A stretch of 64,000 bases of DNA from Clostridia bacterium (GCA_017481235.1 JAFUPL010000030.1:578-64577), one strand, 5' to 3'. Positions 30,260 to 38,656 are shown, numbered from the stretch's first letter. Notes: generated from the sequence alone by a model not told the origin. Program-made: numbers and translations.

Positions 30260-30284
30260 AATATTCCTTTTAATTAAATTATTA

Positions 30285-30411
30285 AAATATGAAGACGTTT
30301 CACTTATGAAGTCGTGGCATTGCCACTTATTATGGAAAAATTATATTTATCCAAAATTTAACCTTAATAAGTAACGAAGTTACGACTTAATATTTTCATA
30401 GTTTCATATTT
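30285..30411. repeat. inverted-repeat element, copy B (family A/B/E)
   Basis: Termini AAATATGAA/TTCATATTT. Both arms carry TATGAA words, GTCGT and a short GC hairpin. The 25-mer at 30287-30311 matches the reverse complement of 56613-56637 at 24/25 positions. Confidence 0.8.
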
Positions 30412-30412
30412 A

Positions 30413-30859
30413 TCATATTATTAAATATATTAGTCCTGCCGCAACACTTCCTACCACTCCAAATACAATCACAGGACCAACTATGCTAAACATCTTAACG
30501 CAAATGCCAAATATAATGCCTTCTTTTTTAAATTCCATTGAAGGACTTACAATAGCGTTGGCAAAACCTGTAATAGGAATTACTGTACCAGCACCACCAA
30601 AAGCACCTAACCAGTCAAACACACCAAAACCAGTTAAGATGGCGGTTAAAAAGATGATTGTACTTAGCATTGCTGTTCCCAACTCTGCTTCACTTAGTGT
30701 TGGCCACCAATATGCATATAAATCCAAGCAAAGTTGTCCAAAACAACAAATAAGTCCTCCTACTAAGAATGCTTTTGCCACTGAAGGAAATAATTTTGTT
30801 TTAGGTAACTTGGCATCTACATACATATTATAATTTTGATTACGCTTTTCACTATCCAT
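30413..30859 (-). CDS. spoVAC: stage V sporulation protein AC
   Basis: Membrane protein with the VIPITGFANAIVSP motif. Start set at the ATG at 30859, preceded by GGGAG; the ORF track starts at a TTG at 30931. Confidence 0.9.
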   Translation of the reverse strand: MDSEKRNQNYNMYVDAKLPKTKLFPSVAKAFLVGGLICCFGQLCLDLYAYWWPTLSEAELGTAMLSTIIFLTAILTGFGVFDWLGAFGGAGTVIPITGFANAIVSPSMEFKKEGIIFGICVKMFSIVGPVIVFGVVGSVAAGLIYLII

Positions 30860-31015
30860 ACTTATACTCCCAATATCAATAATCTTGACATAAAACAAAA
30901 TTTTAAACCTAATTTGATTAATTTTTTGCAAACTAATTTAATTCATTTAAAAATTTAATACAAGTTTTCAAATATTATAAGTATTTTTGCACATAATACA
31001 CCTAGGAGGTTAGAT

Positions 31016-32779
31016 ATGAACAAATATCTTAAAATTTTAATGTTGTCGGGAGGTTTGGTCACTGCTATTGCACCAACTGCAATTGATATGGATAAAAACA
31101 ATACTAATAATGATTTGGGCGGAATATATGAACAAGTGGAAAAAATGCAAGAAGTTCTTCCTCGCTTAAGTAGTATTAATTATAAGTTAAATATCGATTT
31201 AACTAACAATACTGACAATTCCACTCAATTAGATGAAAACAATTTAAACGATACTGATATTGATAATTCAAGTATTGAAGATGAAACTATTGATGAAAAT
31301 ATCACTAGTGATATAAATAATGATAATATTACTGCTGACATAAATAGTGATAATAATACTGACGCTAACATATCCTTTTCAACAACCGATAGCAACGGAA
31401 ATGAAATAAACTTAAATAATGATGAAACAATCAATTATTTAAATGAAACACTAAATCAAACCAATCTTGAATATGAAGAATTAAAAATCACTTTAAGCAA
31501 CGCAATTAAAGACACCATGGACTATTTGGACGCCTATAAAAATGGTGAACAGACACTAACCAACGAACAAAAAATATATATAAAAGAGCAAACCAATTCA
31601 ATTAAGTTTTTAGCGGAAACTTTGGAAGATTTAAGTGAAGACGTTATATGTTGCATTGATGGTTGTGAAGATTGTGACGATGAAGATTTTGAAACTAGTG
31701 CTGGTAGATATCTTACCACTATTAATGAGTTGGAATCACGTATTAATGCATTGAATAATGCTATAGCGTCTTTACAATTTATAAATAATATTGGTAATCC
31801 TTTCTTTAATCCAAATTATATTATGTATGCACGTTATTACAATGACCAAAATAATAATACAAATGAAAATAATGATATAAATGGCAATACTGACTTAATT
31901 ATTGATGATGATGCTACTATGGAAGTTGATGATAATGATTTGGATAACAATCAATCGACTGATAGTGTAGAAAACGACCAATCTACACAAGATAATGCGC
32001 AGTCTGAGAGTAATTCATCTTCTGAAACAAATGAAGAAGATGATAAACCTACTACTTTTGGTTTAAAATCAAACATTGACACCTATGCCCCTACTAAACG
32101 TAATATTGATACATTTTTTAATACTGCTCTTTACAATAACGAATATATGAATGGTTATGGTTACGGTTATGGTATGCCATATGGTTACGGCAATGGATAT
32201 GGAATGCCTTATGGCGCAGGTTTTGGTCAAGGTTATGGAAGAGAATTAAATTCAAATCTAATTAATAGAAATGAACTAGAACAACAAGAAAATTCTACAT
32301 CTAATACAAATTCATTTGCTAATATTGAAAATGAAACTTCACAAGATGAAATTAAAAAACCTAAAAAAATTCATGCAAAACGTGCTAGAAACATAGACAC
32401 TTACAATAATACTACTATTAAATCAAATATAAACACTATGGGCGAAAGCAAAATTTCACGTTTTTTTAAGGAAAAATTTAATAATTTGCGTAATAAAGTA
32501 AAAAAACAAAAACAATCTATTAAAGACACGTCTGAAACTGAACATTCACCTATTAAGGATAATACAAGTGATGATAATATTAATAAGAGACTATCACAAA
32601 ACGATAATGTGGACAACGATATTGATAATTCCAAATTAAATATTGATAATGCTATTGATACAAATATTGACAACAATTTAAATAACTCAAATGAAAATAG
32701 TGATATGGTATCAGATTCAACTCAACAATCACCTACTCCAAACCACGAAAAAGATGTAAAAGCAAAAAAAGAATATTAA
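31016..32779 (+). CDS. secreted Asn/Asp-rich low-complexity protein with Gly-Tyr block
   Basis: Signal-like N-terminus, AGGAGG RBS, long N/D/I/T tracts, repeated NIDT[YF] motifs and GYGYGYGMPYGYGNGYGMPYGAGFGQGYG. Confidence 0.6.
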   Translation: MNKYLKILMLSGGLVTAIAPTAIDMDKNNTNNDLGGIYEQVEKMQEVLPRLSSINYKLNIDLTNNTDNSTQLDENNLNDTDIDNSSIEDETIDENITSDINNDNITADINSDNNTDANISFSTTDSNGNEINLNNDETINYLNETLNQTNLEYEELKITLSNAIKDTMDYLDAYKNGEQTLTNEQKIYIKEQTNSIKFLAETLEDLSEDVICCIDGCEDCDDEDFETSAGRYLTTINELESRINALNNAIASLQFINNIGNPFFNPNYIMYARYYNDQNNNTNENNDINGNTDLIIDDDATMEVDDNDLDNNQSTDSVENDQSTQDNAQSESNSSSETNEEDDKPTTFGLKSNIDTYAPTKRNIDTFFNTALYNNEYMNGYGYGYGMPYGYGNGYGMPYGAGFGQGYGRELNSNLINRNELEQQENSTSNTNSFANIENETSQDEIKKPKKIHAKRARNIDTYNNTTIKSNINTMGESKISRFFKEKFNNLRNKVKKQKQSIKDTSETEHSPIKDNTSDDNINKRLSQNDNVDNDIDNSKLNIDNAIDTNIDNNLNNSNENSDMVSDSTQQSPTPNHEKDVKAKKEY

Positions 32780-32787
32780 TAACCAAT

Positions 32788-32822
32788 AAAAAACTCACCT
32801 ATATATTGAAGTGAGTTTTTTT
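32788..32822. terminator. bidirectional intrinsic terminator
   Basis: Stem AACTCAC/GTGAGTT with A and T runs, between convergent genes. Confidence 0.75.
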
Positions 32823-32836
32823 ATAATTACATAATT

Positions 32837-33208
32837 TTAATCTTGTTTATTTTTTATCTTTATTTCTTTATCTTTAATATGAAAAAATAGCAATGTTGCG
32901 CATACAAACCAATATCCACAGGCCAATAACAAACTTGTTTCAAGTGAATCGTATGCTTTAGTTTCCATATTTGATAAAGTGCTTTCATTTAAATCCGAAA
33001 TGTCATCTATTCCCAAATACTCAAACATCGCTTCAGTATCCTTAATAACGTGACCTTGCGACATTGCACCCAATTCCCACCACGTTACACCATATATTTT
33101 TTCTGGCATATTATACGTTAAACTAAATCCAAACACAAACATTATTATTGCAATCGTTCTAAAAACAATCTTTAATTTTGAAACTTGCTTTACAGTTGTT
33201 TTACTCAT
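32837..33208 (-). CDS. hypothetical membrane protein (123 aa)
   Basis: Two hydrophobic helices flank a soluble loop. AAGGAAG RBS. Confidence 0.5.
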   Translation of the reverse strand: MSKTTVKQVSKLKIVFRTIAIIMFVFGFSLTYNMPEKIYGVTWWELGAMSQGHVIKDTEAMFEYLGIDDISDLNESTLSNMETKAYDSLETSLLLACGYWFVCATLLFFHIKDKEIKIKNKQD

Positions 33209-33239
33209 ATTATTTCTTCCTTAATGTTAATATACCAAT

Positions 33240-33269
33240 ATATTACCACACCATTAAGTATAATGTCAA
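33240..33269 (-). promoter_or_regulatory. putative sigma-A promoter (TTGACA-18-TGgTAATAT)
   Basis: Consensus -35 and an extended -10, read on the minus strand upstream of 33208. Confidence 0.55.
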
Positions 33270-33281
33270 TTATTTTAATAT

Positions 33282-33295
33282 CCCCCCCCTTTTTT
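33282..33295. repeat. homopolymer tract C8T6 (A6G8 on the coding strand)
   Basis: Read directly from the sequence. It lies 13 nt upstream of the -35 hexamer and is the only long G/C run I noticed in the window. Confidence 0.9.
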
Positions 33296-33353
33296 CAATG
33301 ATTATAAATTTAAAACTTTGACGGACTTCTTGCTTGTATATATTTATATTAGG

Positions 33354-33379
33354 TTTGCATCTATTCGCAAAATAACCAT
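33354..33379. promoter_or_regulatory. copy of TTTGCATCTATTCGYAAAATA motif
   Basis: The 14-mer TTTGCATCTATTCG is identical to 61357-61370. The CTATTCG core starts 153 nt upstream of the start codon at 33208. Confidence 0.5.
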
Positions 33380-33481
33380 AATTAACCTAATTATATCATA
33401 ATTGTGTTTATTTTATCATATCTTTTGCCCAAAATTTATAGTTACTGCCAAGTATTTACCGTATTTTTAATATTGTATAAT

Positions 33482-33512
33482 AAAAAAAATAGATATCTTT
33501 CAATCTATTTTT
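33482..33512. terminator. intrinsic terminator after the RluA-family gene
   Basis: Stem AATAGAT/ATCTATT flanked by A8 and T5. Confidence 0.65.
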
Positions 33513-33530
33513 ACACTATTATAAATAATA

Positions 33531-34358
33531 TTAACTCTCCCACCAAGTAGGCACAATTTCAAATATCTTTTCATTTAAATATTCTAGCATAGACTTTTTA
33601 GGAAACTTAAATCCCATAAAATACGCTGTTAAGCACATTTGTTCATTGCCCACACCATATTTACCATCTCCTACTATAGGATAACCAAAATACGCTATAT
33701 GTGCCCTAATTTGATGTGTTTTACCTGTTACAAGTTCTGCTTCCAATACGCTTTCACTATCAAGATGTTTAATTAGATTAAAATATGTTACAATTTCCTC
33801 ATAACCGCTAGTTTTAATTTCGGATATCAGTACCTTTGAACTCTCACTAAACTTTTTAAGATACATTCTATGCTTAATTGCTTCAATTTGCACTTTGCCC
33901 TTTACTTTTAAAAGGTATTTTTTTACTATTGTACGCTTTTTAAACGCTTCTAATAATTCTTGCTCTGCCAATCTATTTTTAGCATAAATTACAAGTCCCT
34001 GAGTGTTACGGTCAATTCTATGAACTGCATACAATTCGTTATAATTTAATTTTAATATATCCAATAAGTTTCTATCCGTTTCACTAGTTACTTCAATCCC
34101 AGCGCGCTTGTTTACGATAATCACATTTTCATCTTCAAAAATAGTTTCACTCCAAGGCTCCAGATTTGCCATATAAAACGCTTCTACCTCATCTCCTACT
34201 TTAAGTAGGCATGACTTAGTCTTTCTAACCCCATTTACCTTAACATCTTTATCTTTAAATAACTTTTCAATTTGATAATTTGAAAGAAGAGGTAAGGCTT
34301 TACGTAGCGCCTTACCTAAATCAATTTTTTCACTTATAGTAAACTTAATCTTTTCCAT
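33531..34358 (-). CDS. RluA-family pseudouridine synthase
   Basis: S4-like N-terminus, catalytic HRIDRNTQGLV, and KKYLLKV and HQIRAH motifs. Confidence 0.88.
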   Translation of the reverse strand: MEKIKFTISEKIDLGKALRKALPLLSNYQIEKLFKDKDVKVNGVRKTKSCLLKVGDEVEAFYMANLEPWSETIFEDENVIIVNKRAGIEVTSETDRNLLDILKLNYNELYAVHRIDRNTQGLVIYAKNRLAEQELLEAFKKRTIVKKYLLKVKGKVQIEAIKHRMYLKKFSESSKVLISEIKTSGYEEIVTYFNLIKHLDSESVLEAELVTGKTHQIRAHIAYFGYPIVGDGKYGVGNEQMCLTAYFMGFKFPKKSMLEYLNEKIFEIVPTWWES

Positions 34359-35211
34359 ATATTTCTTTTAATTCAACGTATTTATCTCTCATGTATTTTG
34401 CACCCAACTCTTGACTATCATGCGCTTCGCTTATAACCCAAGGAGTTAGATTAAATTCGTGCAACAATTCAACAAACCAATCAAGATTAGGTAACCCTTC
34501 ATTTCCGTTTGGCATATTCTCACCATGTACAAGATGTTTAATCTCGCCCTTATCTCCGTAATTGATAGTATAAGCATGAAAATGGACCTCATTAAACTTA
34601 TTAGGCAACTCTTGTTTTAAATGCTCTAATTTTGCCATTAAAACGTCTTTAGAGGTGATTGAACCAATTTCACGCGCATGAAGATGAGCAATGTCAATAC
34701 AAGGATATGCAAATTCACAACCTTTACATATTGCAATAATTTCATCAAGTGAACCTAAATTTGCCGTTTTGCCACCAATTTCAGGATAAAATTTTACATC
34801 ACCCATATCTACTTCATTTGCAATTGTATTTAAATGATTAATTATGCGACTAATAGCGTCTTTTCTTCCTTGTTCGGTGTTTTCATGTCCACCGCCTGGG
34901 TGAAATATTATACGTGTGCAGTTAATACTTCTAGCAAGTTCTACGCCTTGCTTTAAAATATCAATACTGCGTGCAACAACGGTAGGGTTAACACTTCCAA
35001 GATTGATATAATACGGACCATGGATACTAATATAAAAACCATCATTTTGCGCTTTAAGTATAAGTTCCTTATTTTTATCGCTCATCTTAAACCCAAAAGT
35101 ACACTGAACTTCATAGGCGTTTAAATTCATATCCCTTAACCAATCGTAAAAATCTTTAGGTTTTCCTTTATAGTTTATAGGCACACCTGCCACTCCAAAT
35201 TTTGGAATCAT
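34345..35211 (-). CDS. endonuclease IV-like / AP endonuclease family 2 TIM-barrel protein
   Basis: HGPYYINL, IFHPGG, CIDIAHLHA and HFHA metal-ligand-like motifs. Start set at the ATG at 35211, preceded by AAGGAG. Confidence 0.6.
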   Translation of the reverse strand: MIPKFGVAGVPINYKGKPKDFYDWLRDMNLNAYEVQCTFGFKMSDKNKELILKAQNDGFYISIHGPYYINLGSVNPTVVARSIDILKQGVELARSINCTRIIFHPGGGHENTEQGRKDAISRIINHLNTIANEVDMGDVKFYPEIGGKTANLGSLDEIIAICKGCEFAYPCIDIAHLHAREIGSITSKDVLMAKLEHLKQELPNKFNEVHFHAYTINYGDKGEIKHLVHGENMPNGNEGLPNLDWFVELLHEFNLTPWVISEAHDSQELGAKYMRDKYVELKEIYGKD

Positions 35212-35308
35212 TTTATTCTCCTTTAACGACATAACACAATACTCAATATACAATTATACCTTTCAATACAATTCTATAAATTAACTTATTTGACGGTGTC
35301 CACGACAC

Positions 35309-36679
35309 CTAGTTGAATTTTTTAAAGATTTTTTCTCTAAGCAATACGTTTTTAGGTTTGCATATGCGATAACTATTGTTTATTAAATCATTAAAATACA
35401 ACTGTGTCTTTCCACTAAAATCTTTGTCATTCAATATCAAAATGTTTTGCAGGTTGTTTCTAATTTCTAAATTAACCAATGAAAAATTACCCACAAATGT
35501 CAAATCATCTATTATTATAAAATTAGAGGCAATAATACCATCGTAAATATATGCTCTAGCGCCATGCATTGCCATTTCCTTTAAATATGCGCGTGACGTA
35601 TAATACGACATTGTATTATTTTTAGATAGCATAATTTTGACATCAACACCTGACAATGTTGCCATTGCTATTGCTTGCTTGATAGATGGTGTTGGTATAA
35701 ACTTATTGATATGTATTATTATTTGCTTTTTGGCATCATTTATTGCTTTTAAAAATAGTCCCTCAAAATCCTTATCAGATGTACTTGAAACATATTGCAT
35801 TTCAATATTTCCCATAGGTAGATAATTATTATGCTCAAGTTCGTAATACTTTTGTGTAGCAAATGACACATCTAAGTGACAATCCAAATCAATGCTCTTT
35901 GTAACGTCACCTTGAATTTTATAATACAAATTAGAACAACTTATAGGTTTTTCTTTTTTAGACTTTAAATTAAATGAGTTATATAGGTACGTATTCAATC
36001 CATCAATAGATATCAAATTTTTAGAATTTTTATAGTATCTATTAAATATATCCCTCTTGTTAAAATTACATACTCTTATCCCACTAGCGCGTAATTCTTT
36101 AATTAATTTACTATCTCCTAATTTGGTTCTATCGTATATACATTTCACCATTATGCCCATGCTTTGCTTTTCTTTTAATAATGAAATTATAATATCGTTG
36201 TTTATTCCCATCAAAAAAAATTCATTATCCAGTATTATATATTCTTGTGCTTTTTCAATATCATTTGCTAAATTTGATACAAATGCTTCTTCATTATCAA
36301 ATACTTGAATATCGCTATTTTTATAAATATCCGCTGAGTAATGTCTTTTGTTAAAGTTAATAGTTTCGTTAATAGAGCAAGTATTACCCATTGTATATTT
36401 TACTAGATTTTTATATATTTCATCTTGGTCAAATTTAGTTTTAATACTCTTTTTAAGTCCAGGTTTATCACAAAAACAAATAAAATATACCAAAAATCCA
36501 AAAATAGATGTTATGGAAACTATCAAATTCCAAAAAATAATCTTCTTGCAATCACTCTCAAAACAAATTATAGCAATCATCATTGCAATAAGTACTACAA
36601 TATGTATAGTTAACGCCAAAATAATCATAAAAAACAATTCTCCTAGTTGCATTGTAGCACATTTAAAAAAAAGTGACAA
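35309..36679 (-). CDS. phospholipase D / cardiolipin synthase-like membrane protein with both HKD motifs degenerate
   Basis: N-terminal TM pair and a two-lobed PLD layout. The motif positions read NSKNLISIDG and ASNFIIIDD, so both His and Lys are lost. The start is uncertain: TTG at 36679, or ATG at 36652 or 36628. Confidence 0.6.
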   Translation of the reverse strand: MSLFFKCATMQLGELFFMIILALTIHIVVLIAMMIAIICFESDCKKIIFWNLIVSITSIFGFLVYFICFCDKPGLKKSIKTKFDQDEIYKNLVKYTMGNTCSINETINFNKRHYSADIYKNSDIQVFDNEEAFVSNLANDIEKAQEYIILDNEFFLMGINNDIIISLLKEKQSMGIMVKCIYDRTKLGDSKLIKELRASGIRVCNFNKRDIFNRYYKNSKNLISIDGLNTYLYNSFNLKSKKEKPISCSNLYYKIQGDVTKSIDLDCHLDVSFATQKYYELEHNNYLPMGNIEMQYVSSTSDKDFEGLFLKAINDAKKQIIIHINKFIPTPSIKQAIAMATLSGVDVKIMLSKNNTMSYYTSRAYLKEMAMHGARAYIYDGIIASNFIIIDDLTFVGNFSLVNLEIRNNLQNILILNDKDFSGKTQLYFNDLINNSYRICKPKNVLLREKIFKKFN

Positions 36680-36900
36680 CTAAATTAAATATAAATAATT
36701 AAAATTTAATTAAAAATATAACAAAAATAACTTTTATCTATTATCTAATGTAAACATTAACTAATGCAATGGTCTATATAATGATTTTTTAAATCTTTTA
36801 TAATTAAATTAATCCGTTATGTATGCCGAAACTCTTGCTTATAGCGTCGTAAAAAATATTATAGAATTAATAACAATAATCTATTATATATTCATTTTAA

Positions 36901-37036
36901 TGTCATTCCGACTGAGCGTATGCGAATGGAGTGAATCTGGTTAATGGTTAATTGTTGCTAATATTATCCGCTATATTTAAACTTTCCGCCAGATACACTC
37001 CACTCATTCGTTATAACTCATTCAGTAGGTATGACA
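36901..37036. mobile_element. MITE-like element copy C (imperfect 40-48 nt terminal inverted repeats)
   Basis: The left arm TGTCATTCCGACTGAG..GAGTGAATCTGG pairs with the right arm CCAGATACACTCC..CTCATTCAGTAGGTATGACA. Termini are shared with copy D. Confidence 0.65.
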
Positions 37037-37135
37037 AATTAATTGGATTTAAAATAAAAGGAGATATGTATGACATTATAACGGTTTATATAATTAAATT
37101 TTTTAATTATAATAATTGTTAAAAGGAGAAAAATT

Positions 37136-37333
37136 ATGTGCAAATTTGCTGAAAATTTCAAAAAGTTAAGACTTGAATATAAATTTACCATTAAATATGT
37201 TGCAAAATTACTTAATGTTAGTCCTAGCACTATTATCGCTTGGGAAAAAAGCAAAAGTTATCCATATTTTGACACATTAATTAAAATTGTAAAATTATTT
37301 AATGTTACATGCAATTATATTTTAGGTCTTTAA
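37136..37333 (+). CDS. XRE-family helix-turn-helix protein (65 aa)
   Basis: HTH_3-type sequence (LRLEYKFTIKYVAKLLNVSPSTIIAWEKSKSYP) with a strong AAAGGAG RBS. Confidence 0.75.
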   Translation: MCKFAENFKKLRLEYKFTIKYVAKLLNVSPSTIIAWEKSKSYPYFDTLIKIVKLFNVTCNYILGL

Positions 37334-37336
37334 ATT

Positions 37337-37372
37337 AAAAAAAACTATAACTTTAATTGGTTATAGTTTTTT
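37337..37372. terminator. bidirectional intrinsic terminator
   Basis: Stem ACTATAAC/GTTATAGT flanked by A8 and T6. Confidence 0.8.
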
Positions 37373-37380
37373 ATTATATT

Positions 37381-37716
37381 TTAGTAACTTGAAACCTTTG
37401 ACAATGTTCGTTCACGGTCGTAGCGGTCTTTCATTTGTCTATACTTTTCGGACAAATCTAATATGTAACGTTGTTTGCTTTCAAATGATAAGGTTTCATA
37501 ATATTTTTTGTCAATCAATTCGTTAATTGGATTAATAATCAATCTATCATCATCTAGCATTTTGCAAACCTTTTTGTATAGCATTTGATCCTTGTCTGAA
37601 TATGCTAATTTAGCATACGATAAGTGTTGAATACCTCCATTATTATAATTTTTCATTCTTCGTTTTGCTTGTTTAGCAAGGTTGTACAATACCCCTGACT
37701 TTTTACTTGCCGTCAT
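37381..37716 (-). CDS. hypothetical basic protein (111 aa)
   Basis: Start at the ATG at 37716, directly after AAAGGAGG. No recognisable domain. Confidence 0.5.
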   Translation of the reverse strand: MTASKKSGVLYNLAKQAKRRMKNYNNGGIQHLSYAKLAYSDKDQMLYKKVCKMLDDDRLIINPINELIDKKYYETLSFESKQRYILDLSEKYRQMKDRYDRERTLSKVSSY

Positions 37717-37857
37717 TTTACCTCCTTTCACAACACCCATTGTATCTTAAATTCGGCATATTTCCAAACAAAAACATATCTAAAAATCACCATAAACCCA
37801 CTAATCTTGTCGAAAAAAGTAGATTATTTATTTAAACACAAAAATAGATTTTAAAAT

Positions 37858-38412
37858 CTAACCCATGTTATATTCTTCATGATATGTACATTTGAATTCG
37901 CCTTCTTCATTATAATAATGTTTACACCCATACCAATCGTAAACTGCAACATAATTTTTCCCAATTTCCACAACATCTTTAACTTTAGAATTTTCAAATA
38001 TATCGGCACAACCACGCTCCCATACAAGATTAAAATCTTTGTCAAAAAAGAAGTTGGTTAACTCTCCATGCACAAAGTAACCATTGAGCAGTTTAATCAC
38101 ATCATCTGCCCAAGTATCTAATTGAATGTTTTTAATAATTTTATCTACCTTCAAATCGTATACAACTAATTTTGAAGTCGCTCCAATTATTAATAAATCA
38201 TCATCAACTATGATTGACCTATTTCCCATATTTGCAAAATCCGCTATTATATTAAATCGTTTGTTGTATTCTCCCCATAATTCTATTTCAGTTACAAATA
38301 TCATTTGATAAGGTGGGTCTACCTCTATTACATTATCATATTTTAAAATATTAAAACTATCTTCATTGACATTATAACTTTTCATTATTCTTGCCTCAGT
38401 TTTTTTATACAT
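37858..38412 (-). CDS. hypothetical protein (184 aa)
   Basis: ORF with a GGGAG RBS and its own TTGAAT-17-TATAAT promoter. No recognisable domain. Confidence 0.5.
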   Translation of the reverse strand: MYKKTEARIMKSYNVNEDSFNILKYDNVIEVDPPYQMIFVTEIELWGEYNKRFNIIADFANMGNRSIIVDDDLLIIGATSKLVVYDLKVDKIIKNIQLDTWADDVIKLLNGYFVHGELTNFFFDKDFNLVWERGCADIFENSKVKDVVEIGKNYVAVYDWYGCKHYYNEEGEFKCTYHEEYNMG

Positions 38413-38432
38413 AAATAACTCCCTATGATTTT

Positions 38433-38461
38433 ATTATATCACAATAAATTGTATTATTCAA
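38433..38461 (-). promoter_or_regulatory. putative promoter with palindrome TGTATT-ATTC-AATACA over the -35
   Basis: TTGAAT-17-TATAAT. The 16-bp palindrome at 38450-38465 overlaps the -35. Confidence 0.45.
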
Positions 38462-38468
38462 TACAAAC

Positions 38469-38495
38469 AAAAAAAATAACCTTTTGCAAGGTTAT
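38469..38495 (-). terminator. terminator after tRNA-Thr(CGT)
   Basis: Stem ATAACCTT/AAGGTTAT followed by T8 on the minus strand. Confidence 0.8.
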
Positions 38496-38499
38496 TTTA

Positions 38500-38575
38500 T
38501 GGAGCTTGTGGGCGGGATCGAACCGCCGACCTGTTGATTACGAATCAACTGCTCTGCCAACTGAGCCACACAAGC
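38500..38575 (-). tRNA. tRNA-Thr (anticodon CGT), CCA encoded
   Basis: Manual cloverleaf: acceptor GCTTGTG/CACAAGC, anticodon loop TTCGTAA, T-loop GGTTCGATCC. Confidence 0.88.
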
Positions 38576-38627
38576 ATATTTGCTAATAGACTTAATCTAT
38601 TAGCATTTAAAATTTACAAACAAGTTT

Positions 38628-38656
38628 ATTATAACATATATTTATAATTTTTACAA
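38628..38656 (-). promoter_or_regulatory. putative tRNA-Thr promoter (TTGTAA-17-TATAAT)
   Basis: Abuts the stop codon of the upstream gene. The leader contains the 10-bp hairpin TGCTAATAGA/TCTATTAGCA. Confidence 0.5.

Noticed and set aside
37039-37254. 71-aa minus-strand ORF overlapping the XRE gene, and the ORF at 37851-38045 nested in the 184-aa gene.
   Set aside because: They have no RBS and a hydrophobic low-complexity translation. The overlapping genes have strong RBSs and better composition.
38576-38605. Whether the 10-bp hairpin TGCTAATAGA/TCTATTAGCA, and the ATATTTGCTAAT word shared with 54844-54855, represent another C/D-family fragment.
   Set aside because: Only a 12-nt AT-rich match is shared. 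The hairpin sits in the tRNA-Thr leader and is explained adequately as a precursor-processing structure.
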